Origin: Candidatus Latescibacterota bacterium
Lineage (GTDB): Bacteria; Latescibacterota; UBA2968; GCA-2709665
Assembly: GCA_965222075.1 (NCBI GenBank)
Contig: OZ244937.1
Coordinates: 2,624,001-2,688,000, forward strand
DNA length: 64,000 nt
Direction of reading: 5' to 3'
The position numbers and the translations under genes were made by a program. Under the pieces are notes generated by a model. That model was not told the DNA's origin. It saw only the letters and a program-made list of their open reading frames with translations, and did no database searches. This document shows positions 28,766 to 39,766 of the stretch, piece by piece. Numbering within the stretch: position 1 is the stretch's first letter; every line of letters starts with the position of its first letter.

Positions 28766-30901
28766 TCAAAACTGGTATTCCCGCTTCCGCTCCTTCTTCT
28801 CCGAAGGATATTGTGTCACCACCGTATGCCGCGGACACGGCTTCTTCGGGTCCGCTCCGGGTACAAACACCTCCTCCAAGCGTTTGGGACAGTAAATAGA
28901 TGCCACCTTGTAGGTGTCTTCGCACACCTCCACTTGTGCTAAGGTCGTCGGCAGTTCAAAGTCCTCTTCCGGCAGTTCGAGCGTTTCGTGCACCCGTTTC
29001 ATAAACTGCGCCCACACCGGCAGAGCCACCACCGCCCCGGACTTTCGCTTTCCCAGAGAGACCTTTGAATCGAACCCGATCCAAACCCCGGCCACGATCT
29101 GGGGGGTAAACCCGACGAACCAGGTATCTGCGAAATTCTGGGTTGTCCCCGTTTTGCCCGCCGCCGGGCGCCGGAAACCGTAAATAGTCCGGGCTCCCCG
29201 TCCGGTACCTCTCCACACGCCCTGATCGGTCTGTTTCTGCATATCCAGCACCGACTGGAGCAGACTCGTCATCACAGCCGTCGTCTCCGCGCTCAACACC
29301 ACGTGCTCGTTCCCCTGTATCCGCTCTTCCAAAATATTCCCTTCCTTGTCCACAATCTTCAGCACCGCCGTTGGCTCCACCCGAATCCCCCGGTTTGGAA
29401 ACACCCCGAACGCCGACACCAGATCGATCATCTTGACCTCGCTGGTCCCCATCCCCAGCGACCGAACGGCCCGGATACGGGTGGTGATCCCCATCCGCTT
29501 TGCATACGACACAACCGTCTTCGGACCGACCCTCTGTAAGAGCTTGGTCGTCACCACATTCCGGGACATGGCCAGCCCTTCCCGCATCGTCATCCAGCCC
29601 ATGAACCTCCTGTCGTAGTTCTCCGGCTGCCAGAGGCTCCCGTCTTCCATCGGGATCGACACGGCCGTATCCGGCACCCGCAGGGTCGGCGGATATTTTT
29701 TGTCAATCGCCGCCGTGTAGATAAAGGGCTTGAACGCCGACCCAGGCTGCCGCAGCGCCTGCACCGCCCGGTTGAACTTGCTCTTGTTAAAATCCCGCCC
29801 GCCCACCATCGCCAAAACGTGTCCGGTGTGAGGGTCCAGCGCCACCAGCGCCCCCTGCACCACCGTAGCGGCAAGCGTATCTTCCCGCGTCTGCAGGCCC
29901 GCCCAGAACGTCGAGTCCGGCGGATTGCGCCGCCGGTTCCGGTCCACCGTCCGCTGGATCTCGTCTATCTGCCGCTGAAGCTGCTCCTCGGCGATCCGCT
30001 GGATCCGGCTGTCCAGCGTCGTGTAAATCGACGCGCCGTCTTTGTAGAGAACCCCCAGGCCGTGGGTCCTCTCCACATACCGACGAATATACTCCGTAAA
30101 ATAAGGCGCCTCTCCGGTCTCCTCATCCGATTCTTTAAGCACAATAGGCCGCTGCACCGCCGATCGATACGCTTCCCGGGAGATCTTTCCCATCCATCTC
30201 ATTGCCCGCAAAACGACCTTGTTGCGGCGTTCCAGTGCGCGTTCAGGGTGGGTAATCGGAGAGTACGTATAAGGCCCCTTCAACAACCCCACCAACAGTG
30301 CGCTTTCGTCTAAGGTTAAGTCTCTGGCATCCTTTCCAAAAAAACGCCGGGCGGCTGCCTGAATACCCCATGCCCCGTTTCCGAACAGGACCTTGTTGAA
30401 ATACATCTCGATAATCTCTTGCTTGGTATAGGTCCGTTCAAGCAGAACCGCGGTCAGCTGCTCCTTGATCTTCCGCGTCCAGGTCTGTTCCTGGTCCAGG
30501 AACAGATTTCGCGCCAACTGCTGTGTGATCGTGCTCGCCCCGTGCCCCTTCAGACTCCCCTCCCTCCAGATATTCCTCAACACAGCTCGAAAAATATCGG
30601 GCAGGCTGACCCCCCAGTGCCGCCAGAAATGCTGATCCTCCGTAGCAACCAGCGCGTCAACAGCCGCCCTGGGCATCTCATCGTACGAGATCGGATCTCG
30701 CCGCTGCTCCCAGAACCGCTTGAGCACCACCCCATCCGTCGAATAGACGGTCGTCGTCCGCACCGGATTGACCTGTTCCAATTGGGCAAACGAAGGCAAC
30801 CCATCCTTGAAACACCACACCACCCCCGCAGTCACCCCCACCCAAACCAGCGAAGAGATCGAACAATAAAGCACAATATGCAAAATATAATGCCGCATCA
30901 T
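28766..30901 (-). CDS. Class A penicillin-binding protein (PBP1A)
   Basis: EDQHF, GASTITQQLARN (transglycosylase); SAFK, SRN, KTG (transpeptidase). Confidence 0.93.
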   Translation of the reverse strand: MMRHYILHIVLYCSISSLVWVGVTAGVVWCFKDGLPSFAQLEQVNPVRTTTVYSTDGVVLKRFWEQRRDPISYDEMPRAAVDALVATEDQHFWRHWGVSLPDIFRAVLRNIWREGSLKGHGASTITQQLARNLFLDQEQTWTRKIKEQLTAVLLERTYTKQEIIEMYFNKVLFGNGAWGIQAAARRFFGKDARDLTLDESALLVGLLKGPYTYSPITHPERALERRNKVVLRAMRWMGKISREAYRSAVQRPIVLKESDEETGEAPYFTEYIRRYVERTHGLGVLYKDGASIYTTLDSRIQRIAEEQLQRQIDEIQRTVDRNRRRNPPDSTFWAGLQTREDTLAATVVQGALVALDPHTGHVLAMVGGRDFNKSKFNRAVQALRQPGSAFKPFIYTAAIDKKYPPTLRVPDTAVSIPMEDGSLWQPENYDRRFMGWMTMREGLAMSRNVVTTKLLQRVGPKTVVSYAKRMGITTRIRAVRSLGMGTSEVKMIDLVSAFGVFPNRGIRVEPTAVLKIVDKEGNILEERIQGNEHVVLSAETTAVMTSLLQSVLDMQKQTDQGVWRGTGRGARTIYGFRRPAAGKTGTTQNFADTWFVGFTPQIVAGVWIGFDSKVSLGKRKSGAVVALPVWAQFMKRVHETLELPEEDFELPTTLAQVEVCEDTYKVASIYCPKRLEEVFVPGADPKKPCPRHTVVTQYPSEKKERKREYQF

Positions 30902-30949
30902 CGCCCTATCCGCATGACCCGTGTTTATCCATACCCATGCCCTCTGTAA

Positions 30950-33631
30950 TCACGAGGCCAGGGCAGCCAGATTTTCGTTGAGCTTACCCAGCGTGTTCTG
31001 GTATTCCACACGCCGCTGGCGCTCGTTTTCCACCACCTCGGCCGGGGCCTTCTCCAGGAACCCTTCGTTAGAAAGCTTCTTCTCCAGCCCCAAAAGCGCC
31101 TTCTCCAACCCGCCGATCTCCTTCTCCAACCGCCGCTTCTCCACCTCCAGATCGATCAACCCCTTCAGTGGAACGTAGACCTCTACACCCACCAGCACGG
31201 CACTGGCGGAAGCCGGCGGTCGGGCCAGACCCTCGCCGATTTGGAAGTCGGCAGCCCGGGCCAGTTCACAAATGGTGACCTGCGCCTCCTCCAGCGTCTT
31301 CCGAACCGTCTCGGAGCCGGTTCTTAAAATCAGGTCCGCCCGCCGCGCCGGAGGCACCCGCATCGTTCCCCGGATGTTTCGCACTGCTCCCACCACCTCC
31401 TGAACCAGCGCCATCTTCCCTTCCGCAGCCTCATCCAGCCGCCCCTCATCGGCCCTCGGCCAGGGAGCGGCGATTAAGGCCTCCCCCTCGTGGGGAAGCT
31501 GCTGCCAGACCGCCTCGGTGATAAAGGGAGCCATCGGGTGCAGCAGCCGCAGGATGCCCTCCAACGCGTGCACCAGCACAGATTGCACCGCCTGCCGCGC
31601 CTCCGGATCGCCTCCGTTGAGCCGCACCTTCGCCATCTCTAAGTACCAGTCGCAGTATGAATTCCAGACAAATTCGTAAAGCGTACGGGAGGCCTCGTCA
31701 AAACGATAGACCTCCAGCGCCTCCGTGACCGACCGGACCGTGCGGTTGTACAGGCTCAAAATCCAGCGGTCCCCTAAGTCGGCAGGCGCCTCCGGGGGGA
31801 GCACCTTGGGGTCATAATCCTCTACGCGCATCTGCACAAACCTCGCCGCGTTCCAGATCTTATTGCAGAAATTTCGGCAGGTCTCGGTAATTGGAGAGTC
31901 CTGCACATGGTTGTCCACCACCTCCGCGTCAAACCGAATATCCTGCGAACTCCCGCACTGGTACAGCAGCGACAGCCGCGTGGCGTCCGCCCCATAGCGC
32001 TCAATCAGCTCTCTTGGATCAACCCCGGTCCCCAGCGACTTGCTCATCCGCCGCCCGTCCCGCGTCTGCACGGTGGGGTGGACCAGCACCGTTTTAAAGG
32101 GGATCTCGCCCACAAACTCCAGTGCGGTCATCACCATGCGGGCCACCCACAGGTAGAGAATATCCCGCCCCGTAATCATGAGGTCCGTCGGATGGTAGAC
32201 CTTCAGATCCTCCGTCTCATCCGGCCATCCCAGCGTGGCAAAAGGCCACAGGGCCGAACTGAACCAGGTATCCAGCACATCCGGGTCCTGGACCAGGCGG
32301 CCGCTGGGGCACGCGCCGCATTCGGTTGGAGCATCCACCTGCGCCATCACCTCCCCGCAGTCCTCGCAGGTCCACACCGGGATCTGGTGCCCCCACCAGA
32401 TCTGCCGGGAAATGCACCAGTCCTGGATGTTCTCCAGCCAGTCCACGGAATAGCCCAGAAAACGATCGGGCACGTAAACGATCTCTTTCTGGCGCAGCAC
32501 CCTCAGCGCCTGGTCCGCCAGGTCCCGCATCGCCACGAACCACTGCTCCATCGGCAAGGGTTCGATCACCGTCGCGCACTTATCGTGGTGGGGCAGGGCA
32601 TGCACATGGTCTTCAATACGCTCCAGCAGACCGGCGCCCTCAAGCGCCTCCACCACCGCCTCCCGGCAGGCGTACCGGTCCATCCCCGCAAACCGCCCGG
32701 CCTCCTCCGTCATCGCCCCGTCAAAACCGATCACCTGGACCTCCGGCAGGTCGTGTCGCGATCCTATCTCGTAGTCGTTCGGATCGTGCGCCGGGGTCAC
32801 CTTCACCGCCCCGCTCCCCATTTCGGGATCTGCATATGCATCCGCCACAATCGGGATGCACCGATCCACCAGCGGCAGCATCACCTGTTTGCCAATCGCG
32901 CCCCGCCACCGTCGGTCCTCCGGATGCACCGCCACCCCCGTATCCCCCAGCATCGTCTCCGGCCGGGTCGTGGCCACCACCACATCCGGCCCCCCACCGA
33001 TCCCCGGATATCGGATATGCCAGAGGTGCCCACGTATCTCCTGCTCTTCGACCTCTAAGTCGGAAATCACCGTCCCGCACTGCGGGCACCAGTTCACCAT
33101 CCGCGTGCCCCGATAAATCCAGCCTTTTTCGTAGAACCGGACAAACGCCTCCAGCACGCCCCGCACATACCCCTCGTCCATCGTAAACCGTTCCCGTGAC
33201 CAGTCGTAGCTGCACCCGAGTTCCCTGAGCTGCCGCAAAATCGTATTCCCGTACCTCTCCTTCCAGCTCCAGACCCGCCCCAGCATCTCCTCCCGGCCGA
33301 TATCGCGCCGGTTCTTCTGCTCCTTTTCATAGAGCTGCTGTTCCACCTTCATCTGCGTGGCAATACCCGCGTGGTCTGTCCCCGGCAGGCAGAGGGTGCG
33401 ATACCCCTGCATCCGCTTCCACCGTACCACCGTATCGTGAATGGCATGCTGGAGCGCATGCCCCATGTGGAGTTCCCCGGTCACATTCGGCGGCGGAATC
33501 GTAATCGAGTACGGGGTTCCCTCCCCCTGCGCCTCCGGCCGGAAACACCCTTTCTCATCCCAAAACGCGTACCACGGTCCCTCAACCGCCTCCGGATCGT
33601 ACGTCTTCGCCAGCGCCTCTGGATCGCTCAT
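30950..33631 (-). CDS. valS: Valine--tRNA ligase
   Basis: PPPNVTGELHMGH, RMSKS, DVLDTWFSS, C-terminal coiled coil. Confidence 0.97.
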   Translation of the reverse strand: MSDPEALAKTYDPEAVEGPWYAFWDEKGCFRPEAQGEGTPYSITIPPPNVTGELHMGHALQHAIHDTVVRWKRMQGYRTLCLPGTDHAGIATQMKVEQQLYEKEQKNRRDIGREEMLGRVWSWKERYGNTILRQLRELGCSYDWSRERFTMDEGYVRGVLEAFVRFYEKGWIYRGTRMVNWCPQCGTVISDLEVEEQEIRGHLWHIRYPGIGGGPDVVVATTRPETMLGDTGVAVHPEDRRWRGAIGKQVMLPLVDRCIPIVADAYADPEMGSGAVKVTPAHDPNDYEIGSRHDLPEVQVIGFDGAMTEEAGRFAGMDRYACREAVVEALEGAGLLERIEDHVHALPHHDKCATVIEPLPMEQWFVAMRDLADQALRVLRQKEIVYVPDRFLGYSVDWLENIQDWCISRQIWWGHQIPVWTCEDCGEVMAQVDAPTECGACPSGRLVQDPDVLDTWFSSALWPFATLGWPDETEDLKVYHPTDLMITGRDILYLWVARMVMTALEFVGEIPFKTVLVHPTVQTRDGRRMSKSLGTGVDPRELIERYGADATRLSLLYQCGSSQDIRFDAEVVDNHVQDSPITETCRNFCNKIWNAARFVQMRVEDYDPKVLPPEAPADLGDRWILSLYNRTVRSVTEALEVYRFDEASRTLYEFVWNSYCDWYLEMAKVRLNGGDPEARQAVQSVLVHALEGILRLLHPMAPFITEAVWQQLPHEGEALIAAPWPRADEGRLDEAAEGKMALVQEVVGAVRNIRGTMRVPPARRADLILRTGSETVRKTLEEAQVTICELARAADFQIGEGLARPPASASAVLVGVEVYVPLKGLIDLEVEKRRLEKEIGGLEKALLGLEKKLSNEGFLEKAPAEVVENERQRRVEYQNTLGKLNENLAALAS

Positions 33632-33717
33632 GCTGCCTCTGCACTCCTTCATTATCGCCGTAAATGGTACCGCTTTAGAGCATCCCCACCGCCCCGAACA
33701 ACGGGTTGCCCGGCAGC

Positions 33718-34527
33718 CTACCTCCCCCCCTCCCCGGATGCCTCTGTCCGGTAGAACACATCTGTCCCTTCAGCAGCCAGCATCCTATCCAGAAAATCCA
33801 GAGATTTCACCCTCTGACGGCTCTCAATATGATAGCTCAGGAACATGCGCAAAGCGCTACGCGCTCCTGCCCGGTCACACCCGCTGACCCCCCCGATCTC
33901 GATCCGGTCGGGCCGACCGGTCTGGAGCTGTTCCAGAAAACCCACAGTGAACCTGTCCATCACCATGCCGCTGTTGGTTTCGCATCTGTTGCAGAGGGTC
34001 CCCCCCTCAAAGGGGCTAAACCGCACCTGGGCACCCAAAAGCCGTTCACCACAGTGCACGCAACCGCTCAGGTGCGGCCTGTACCCCAGAGCCGAAGCCG
34101 CCTTGAGTTGGAAATACCAGAGGGGAATTTCAATCGCCCATTCCTCGATGGTCTCCATCCATCTGAGGGTATCCAGCGTCACGCTGTAAAGCAGTGGATT
34201 TCGGTCTTCGTCCACCGTCATGTGGTTGAGCAGATCGCACACAACACAGGCATGGACCATCCGCCTGTACGCCTGCTTGATCCCATCAAAGGGATAGAGA
34301 ATATCCCCTTCGCTCAGGGTCTGCAAATCCCGGTTTTCCCGCCTGTAGAACATATAGGTCCCCCAGGTCATCAGCTCTAAGCTTGCACCGAACTTGCTCC
34401 TGGGACGGCGTGCCCCTTTGGCCACCAGGCGGAGCTTTCCACTCTCCCTCGTATAGATGACAACGACCTTGCTGCTCTCACTCATCCGGTAGCCGCGAAG
34501 AACCAGCCCCTCAGTCCTGCAAATCAT
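33718..34527 (-). CDS. recO: DNA repair protein RecO
   Basis: N-terminal OB fold (TEGLVLR..AKGARR), CVHC..CNRC zinc finger. Confidence 0.92.
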   Translation of the reverse strand: MICRTEGLVLRGYRMSESSKVVVIYTRESGKLRLVAKGARRPRSKFGASLELMTWGTYMFYRRENRDLQTLSEGDILYPFDGIKQAYRRMVHACVVCDLLNHMTVDEDRNPLLYSVTLDTLRWMETIEEWAIEIPLWYFQLKAASALGYRPHLSGCVHCGERLLGAQVRFSPFEGGTLCNRCETNSGMVMDRFTVGFLEQLQTGRPDRIEIGGVSGCDRAGARSALRMFLSYHIESRQRVKSLDFLDRMLAAEGTDVFYRTEASGEGGR

Positions 34528-34877
34528 CGTTCGCCTTCCATTCTGTTCTCGGGAGGGTAGGGATAGACCATGTAGACCGACTCGTTCGCCTTAACCATCC
34601 CGTAACGCTCGCGGGCAATCCGCTCGATCGTCTTCAGATCGTCCTTCAACAACCCCACCTCTTCCTGAAGGCGAACATTCTTCTCAAATAAAGCCTCGAT
34701 TTCTTCGCGCAATGCGTCGATCTGACCCTCACGGTGCCAGACCTGGTAAAGCCCGCTGTCCCCGGCCACGATCAGGTAAACAGAAATCATGACGGGCATA
34801 GCCAGAAGCAAGCGGCGCGTCTTTTTGCGCGGCTCCGACGGAAACTGATAGTTCCCCCGGTAAAACCTCATCCGCAT
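34524..34877 (-). CDS. ftsB: Septum formation initiator FtsB/DivIC
   Basis: TM + GDSG + coiled coil + IERIARERYGMVK. Confidence 0.8.
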   Translation of the reverse strand: MRMRFYRGNYQFPSEPRKKTRRLLLAMPVMISVYLIVAGDSGLYQVWHREGQIDALREEIEALFEKNVRLQEEVGLLKDDLKTIERIARERYGMVKANESVYMVYPYPPENRMEGER

Positions 34878-34937
34878 TTCTCCTTAGTTCTTGGAACCCC
34901 ACACCACCCAGCACCGCCCACAACACAGAACTTCGTG

Positions 34938-35312
34938 TCATTCCACGATACGCTCCCCGTCTTCAACCCAGGCCCCATCCTCGTACCGCCGGTAAAAACA
35001 GGACCGGAACCCGGTATGGCAGGCCCCGCCCCTCTGGCGGACTTTAAAAAGCAGCGCATCCCCATCGCAATCGATCCGAAATTCCTCCATCTGCTGCGTG
35101 TGCCCCGAAGTCGCCCCCTTCACCCAGAACGCCTGCCGGCTGCGGGACCAGTACGTCATCTGCCCCGTCTCCAGCGTTCTGCGCAGGCTCGCTTCGTTCA
35201 TATAGGCCTGCATCAACACCTGCCCGCCATCCACATCCTGCGCAATCGCCGGCACCAGTCCATTCTTATCAAACTTAACCTCACCCAGATCCAAAGTCAA
35301 ACTCCTCCCCAT
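34938..35312 (-). CDS. hisI: Phosphoribosyl-AMP cyclohydrolase
   Basis: [26 protein letters not shown]. Confidence 0.95.
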   Translation of the reverse strand: MGRSLTLDLGEVKFDKNGLVPAIAQDVDGGQVLMQAYMNEASLRRTLETGQMTYWSRSRQAFWVKGATSGHTQQMEEFRIDCDGDALLFKVRQRGGACHTGFRSCFYRRYEDGAWVEDGERIVE

Positions 35313-35326
35313 CTGCTTTTTTCACG

Positions 35327-36475
35327 TTACAGCACCACCAGATCGTCCCGGTGAATCACCTCTGCGCCTTCCACTCCTTCTAAAACAGCCGCCACCTCAG
35401 ACGTTTTTTTTCCCAGAATTTTTCGTACCTCTTCCGAACCGTAGCGCACCAACCCCCGCGCTATCTCCATGCCACCTGGGTCCTCCACGCCAATCAGTTC
35501 GCCTGCCTCAAACGCTCCCACAACATCCAGAATACCGGAAGGGAGCAGGCTCTTGCCGCGTGTCCCGATCGCCTCTACAGCCCCGTCGTCCACCACCACG
35601 GCCCCCTTCTTCCGGGTGTTGGCAATCCAGACTTTCCGGCTTGTCAACCGTCCCTTCCCGGGCATAAAAAGGGTGCCTACCTTCTTCCCTTCCAAAATAT
35701 CGATAATCCTGGTGGTATGTCCGTTTGCAATCACCATCATCCTGCCGCCTCGGGTAACGCTTTCAGCCGCGTGGAGCTTCGCCTGCATCCCCCCCAGGCC
35801 CACCGCACTGCCCCGATTTCCGGTCCGGGCAATCAACTCCGGGGTAACCTCTTCTACATGGGAGATCAGCTTCGCATCCCCGTCCTGGTTCGGGTCGTCC
35901 GAGTAGAGCCCATCCACATCCGTCAGAATCATCAGAAGCTCGGCATCCACCAGGTGGGCAACCAGGGCAGAGATCCGATCGTTGTCCCCCACCTTGATCT
36001 CTTCTACGGCCACACTGTCGTTTTCATTGAGAATAGGAACCGCACCGAACCGGAAGAGTTCATCCAGCGTATTGCGCGCGTTCACATAACGCTGCCTATC
36101 GTCCAAGTCTTCGGTAGTAATCAGAACCTGCCCAACCGGGATATCGTGCTCACGGAACGCCAGCTTGTAGGCGTTCATCAACAGCCCCTGTCCAACCGCG
36201 GCCGTGGCTTGCAGCTCGGGAATCCTGCGAGGCCGCTGCTTCAATCCAAGCCGCCCCATACCCGCGCCCACAGCGCCCGAGGAAACAATCGCCACCTGCA
36301 CCCCCCGGCTTCGCAGATGGGCGACCTCCCCTGCCAGGCGGTCGATCAGTTTCCGATTCAACGCATTGTCGTGAACCGTAACCACCCGTGTCCCCAGCTT
36401 AACCACCAGGCGCTTGGCCCCTTTAAAAAGGGCCTCACGCTCAAGACAAGCCATATTCCGCCGAATCTCACCCAC
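35327..36475 (-). CDS. proB: Glutamate 5-kinase with PUA domain
   Basis: VVKLGT, SSGAV, NENDSV, GDND, KSLLPSG. Confidence 0.95.
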   Translation of the reverse strand: MGEIRRNMACLEREALFKGAKRLVVKLGTRVVTVHDNALNRKLIDRLAGEVAHLRSRGVQVAIVSSGAVGAGMGRLGLKQRPRRIPELQATAAVGQGLLMNAYKLAFREHDIPVGQVLITTEDLDDRQRYVNARNTLDELFRFGAVPILNENDSVAVEEIKVGDNDRISALVAHLVDAELLMILTDVDGLYSDDPNQDGDAKLISHVEEVTPELIARTGNRGSAVGLGGMQAKLHAAESVTRGGRMMVIANGHTTRIIDILEGKKVGTLFMPGKGRLTSRKVWIANTRKKGAVVVDDGAVEAIGTRGKSLLPSGILDVVGAFEAGELIGVEDPGGMEIARGLVRYGSEEVRKILGKKTSEVAAVLEGVEGAEVIHRDDLVVL

Positions 36476-36487
36476 CGTTGCGCCCTC

Positions 36488-37279
36488 TCACAGCGTCGAC
36501 ACCACCTTCGTCCGCACCAGCACCTCCCGTTCCGCCAAATACCGCTTGACTTGGGGAATGCTGTACTGTTGGTAATGAAAAATCGAGGCCGCCAGGGCCG
36601 CACTCGCCTTGCCCTCTGCAAGGACCTCGTACATATGCTCGGGCCCGCCGCACCCCCCCGAAGCCACAATGGGCACATCCACCCGCTCGGCCACGGCCCG
36701 CGTCAGTTCAATATCGTATCCGTCTTTTGTCCCATCGGCATCAATACTGTTCAAAACCAGCTCTCCGGCCCCCCGGTCCACCAGTTCCTCCGCCCAGGCC
36801 AGCGCATTTTGTCCCGTTGGCGTCCGCCCCCCACGCACCACAACCTCCCACCAGACCTCTGTGGAATTTTTCTCGCCCCGCCGGATTGCATCGATAGAGC
36901 CCACCGTGGCCTGGGAGCCAAAGCTCTCCGCGCTCTGGTTGATAATTTCCGGATTCTGAACCGCTGCCGAGTTTATCGAGGCCTTCTCCGCCCCTCCTTC
37001 AATAATCGCCCGCACATCCTTGATCGTTCGAACGCCGCCGCCAACCGTAAAGGGAACAAACACCTTCTCGGACACCCGCCGGACCAGGTCGGCCACGATC
37101 TGCCGCTTCTCTGCAGAGGCCGTAATATCGTAAAAAACCAGCTCGTCGGCCCCCTCCTCATCGTACCGCCGGGCCAACTCGATCGGATCCCCCGCATCCC
37201 GATCCGCCGAAAATTTCACTCCCCGCACGTTTCGCCCGTTCTTCACATCCAGACACGGGATAATGCGTTTGGCCAACAT
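36488..37279 (-). CDS. hisF: Imidazole glycerol phosphate synthase cyclase subunit
   Basis: KRIIPCLDV, TVGGG, DGTKDGYD, ASGG. Confidence 0.96.
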   Translation of the reverse strand: MLAKRIIPCLDVKNGRNVRGVKFSADRDAGDPIELARRYDEEGADELVFYDITASAEKRQIVADLVRRVSEKVFVPFTVGGGVRTIKDVRAIIEGGAEKASINSAAVQNPEIINQSAESFGSQATVGSIDAIRRGEKNSTEVWWEVVVRGGRTPTGQNALAWAEELVDRGAGELVLNSIDADGTKDGYDIELTRAVAERVDVPIVASGGCGGPEHMYEVLAEGKASAALAASIFHYQQYSIPQVKRYLAEREVLVRTKVVSTL

Positions 37280-37301
37280 GACGGATTCCTCTCCTACAGA
37301 T

Positions 37302-37913
37302 TTACGTTACGCAATCCATCTCTGCAAAATTCTTCAAAATACGCAGCCCCAAGTCCTGGCTCTTCTCCGGGTGAAACTGGATGCCAAACGCAGTTCCCCG
37401 TCCCGCGATCGACGTGTAGTCGATCCCGTAGTCGGTCGTGGCGATGGTATCCTCCGGATTTTCCGGATCCACGTAGTAGGAGTGCACGAAATAGAAGAAC
37501 GAGCCGTCCGGAATGCCTTCCAGCAGCGGGAGCTTTCGCCGAATGTGGATCTGGTTCCACCCGATCTGCGGCACCCGTTCCCCTTCGGGAAATCGGCGTA
37601 CCCGTCCGGGAAGCACGTCCAGCCCCCGGTGGCGGCCCATCTCCTCGCTCTCGACAAACAGAAGCTGCAGCCCCACGCAGATCCCCAGGAACGGGCGCCC
37701 TTCGGAAATTGACTTCACAACAGGGTCGATCAACCCCGCCCGCTTCAAATTGGCCATCGCGTCTCCAAAGGCACCCACCCCCGGCAGCACCACCCGCTCT
37801 GCCTGCCCCACATCCTCCGGCCGGTTCGTAACCACAGCGCCGTATCCTACCCGTTCAAAGGCCTTCTGCACGCTGCGCAGGTTGCCCATCCCGTAATCCA
37901 CAATCGCGATCAT
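37302..37913 (-). CDS. hisH: Imidazole glycerol phosphate synthase glutaminase subunit
   Basis: DYGMGNL, PGVG, GICVG, QFHPEKS. Confidence 0.96.
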   Translation of the reverse strand: MIAIVDYGMGNLRSVQKAFERVGYGAVVTNRPEDVGQAERVVLPGVGAFGDAMANLKRAGLIDPVVKSISEGRPFLGICVGLQLLFVESEEMGRHRGLDVLPGRVRRFPEGERVPQIGWNQIHIRRKLPLLEGIPDGSFFYFVHSYYVDPENPEDTIATTDYGIDYTSIAGRGTAFGIQFHPEKSQDLGLRILKNFAEMDCVT

Positions 37914-38723
37914 CTAAGCCCCCAGCTCTTCAGACCTCCGGGTCGCCGCCTCCACGGCCGCCATCAGCGCCGCTCGAAACCCGCTCTGTTCCATCGCATA
38001 CAACCCCGCAATCGTCGTTCCCCCCGCAGAGGTCACCCTGTCCTTTAAAACCGCCGGGTGCTCCCCGCTCTCCAGCACCGCCTTCGCCGCACCCAACACC
38101 GTCTGCGCCGCCAGCTTTAGCGCCACCCCCTTCGACAGCCCCACCTTCACGCCCCCCTCCGCTAAGGCATCAATCATCGCATACACATAAGCCGGCCCAC
38201 TTCCGGACAGCCCCGTCACCGCATCCATCTGCGCCTCATCCACCACCACCGTCTTTCCCACCGCCCCCAGAATCTCCCGAGCCGCCCCCAGATGCGCTTC
38301 CCCGGCATGTTGCCCCGGGCAGACCGCCGATATGGCTTCCCGAATCTGCGCCAGAATGTTCGGCATCGCCCGGACCACGGGAATCTCTTTTGCCAACGTC
38401 TGCTCAATCGCCGACGTACGCACCCCGCCCATAATCGAAAGCACAAGCTGCGTCGAGGTCAACGAACCGCTGACCCCCTCCACAACATGCTGCCAGATCT
38501 GCGGCTTCAACCCCAGCACAATCACATCCTGATCTCCAACCACCTCCCCGGCTTCCCCGCTGGTGTTCACCCCCAGCTTTTCCCTGTGCTCCTCCAGGAT
38601 CGCCTCAGAAATATCTATCGCCGTAATCTGATCCGGAGGCAACAGGCCGGACTTCACCATCCCGGCCACCAGTGCCCCACCCATATTCCCCGCCCCGATC
38701 ACCGCCACCCGCTTCTCTTTCAT
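37914..38723 (-). CDS. proC: Pyrroline-5-carboxylate reductase
   Basis: IGAGNMG, RAMPN, GSGPAY, VTSAGGTT. Confidence 0.95.
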   Translation of the reverse strand: MKEKRVAVIGAGNMGGALVAGMVKSGLLPPDQITAIDISEAILEEHREKLGVNTSGEAGEVVGDQDVIVLGLKPQIWQHVVEGVSGSLTSTQLVLSIMGGVRTSAIEQTLAKEIPVVRAMPNILAQIREAISAVCPGQHAGEAHLGAAREILGAVGKTVVVDEAQMDAVTGLSGSGPAYVYAMIDALAEGGVKVGLSKGVALKLAAQTVLGAAKAVLESGEHPAVLKDRVTSAGGTTIAGLYAMEQSGFRAALMAAVEAATRRSEELGA

Positions 38724-38809
38724 ACCCCCCATACGCCTTGCTCCATATAACAGACCGTTTCCCCACCACCACCTTTGTCCAACCACCCTCCAACCTTCAA
38801 TCTTCAACC

Positions 38810-39733
38810 TTAAACATACGTCAACCACCCGTGCCGGTCCTCCGCCTTCCCCTGCATAATCGAGAAAAAGGCTTCCTGCAGCGCCTCTGTGACCGGCCCC
38901 CGCTTCCCGTCGCCAATCTCGATAGTGTCGATGTGAGAAATTGGAGAAATCTCCGCAGCACTGCCGGTAAAAAAAACCTCATCGGCAATATAAAGCGATT
39001 CCCGGAGAATGGGCCGCTGAGTCACCAAATAGCCCAGATCCCGTGCCAGAACGATCACCGAATGCCGCGTAATTCCCGGCAGGATCGACGACCCGGTGTC
39101 CGGCGTATAAATCCGTCCATTCCTCACCATAAACACATTCTCTCCACCGCCCTCGCTCACATAACCCTGCGTATCCAGCGCGATCCCCTCCGCATACCCA
39201 TCGGTCTGCGCCTCCATCCTGATCAACTGAAAGTTCATATAATTGGCGCCAGCCTTGGCCAGCGACGGCATAGTGTTGGGCGCCAACCGGTTCCAGGAAG
39301 AGAAGCGCACAGAAACCCCTTTTTCCAGAGCCTCTGGACCCAGGTACGTCCCCCACTCCCACACCGCCACAACCACATCTACCGGACACGGCGTTGGATC
39401 AACCCCCAGTTCCCCGTATCCACGGAAGGCGATCGGCCGCACGTAACATGCCTTCAACTCGTTCACCCGGATCGTCTCCAGAATCGCCTCGGTCATTTCC
39501 TCTTTTGTATACAGAATGGGCATTCGGTAGATCTTGGCCGAATCGTAAAGCCGATTCACGTGGTCGGCCAACCGAAAGCAGGCCGGGCCCTTCCCCGTAT
39601 CGTAACAGCGCATGCCCTCAAAAACGCTCGACCCGTAGTGCACCACATGGGAGAGCACATGGATCTTCGCATCGTCCCAGTTCACAAATTCCCCGTTAAA
39701 CCAGATCTTCTCGGCCTTTGGCATAGGAGGCAT
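38810..39733 (-). CDS. ilvE: Branched-chain amino acid aminotransferase
   Basis: [27 protein letters not shown]. Confidence 0.95.
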   Translation of the reverse strand: MPPMPKAEKIWFNGEFVNWDDAKIHVLSHVVHYGSSVFEGMRCYDTGKGPACFRLADHVNRLYDSAKIYRMPILYTKEEMTEAILETIRVNELKACYVRPIAFRGYGELGVDPTPCPVDVVVAVWEWGTYLGPEALEKGVSVRFSSWNRLAPNTMPSLAKAGANYMNFQLIRMEAQTDGYAEGIALDTQGYVSEGGGENVFMVRNGRIYTPDTGSSILPGITRHSVIVLARDLGYLVTQRPILRESLYIADEVFFTGSAAEISPISHIDTIEIGDGKRGPVTEALQEAFFSIMQGKAEDRHGWLTYV

Positions 39734-39766
39734 CGTTCATCCCTCGTGTAAATATTATGTGTTATC

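Noticed and set aside
35717-37831. 704-aa plus-strand ORF and many other long antisense ORFs (e.g. 568-1515, 3372-4391, 31907-33058, 42213-43349)
   Set aside because: Shadows of well-supported opposite-strand genes in high-GC DNA; no recognisable motifs
34938-39733. Interleaving of his, pro and ilvE genes
   Set aside because: Ordinary operon shuffling with no evidence of a new pathway
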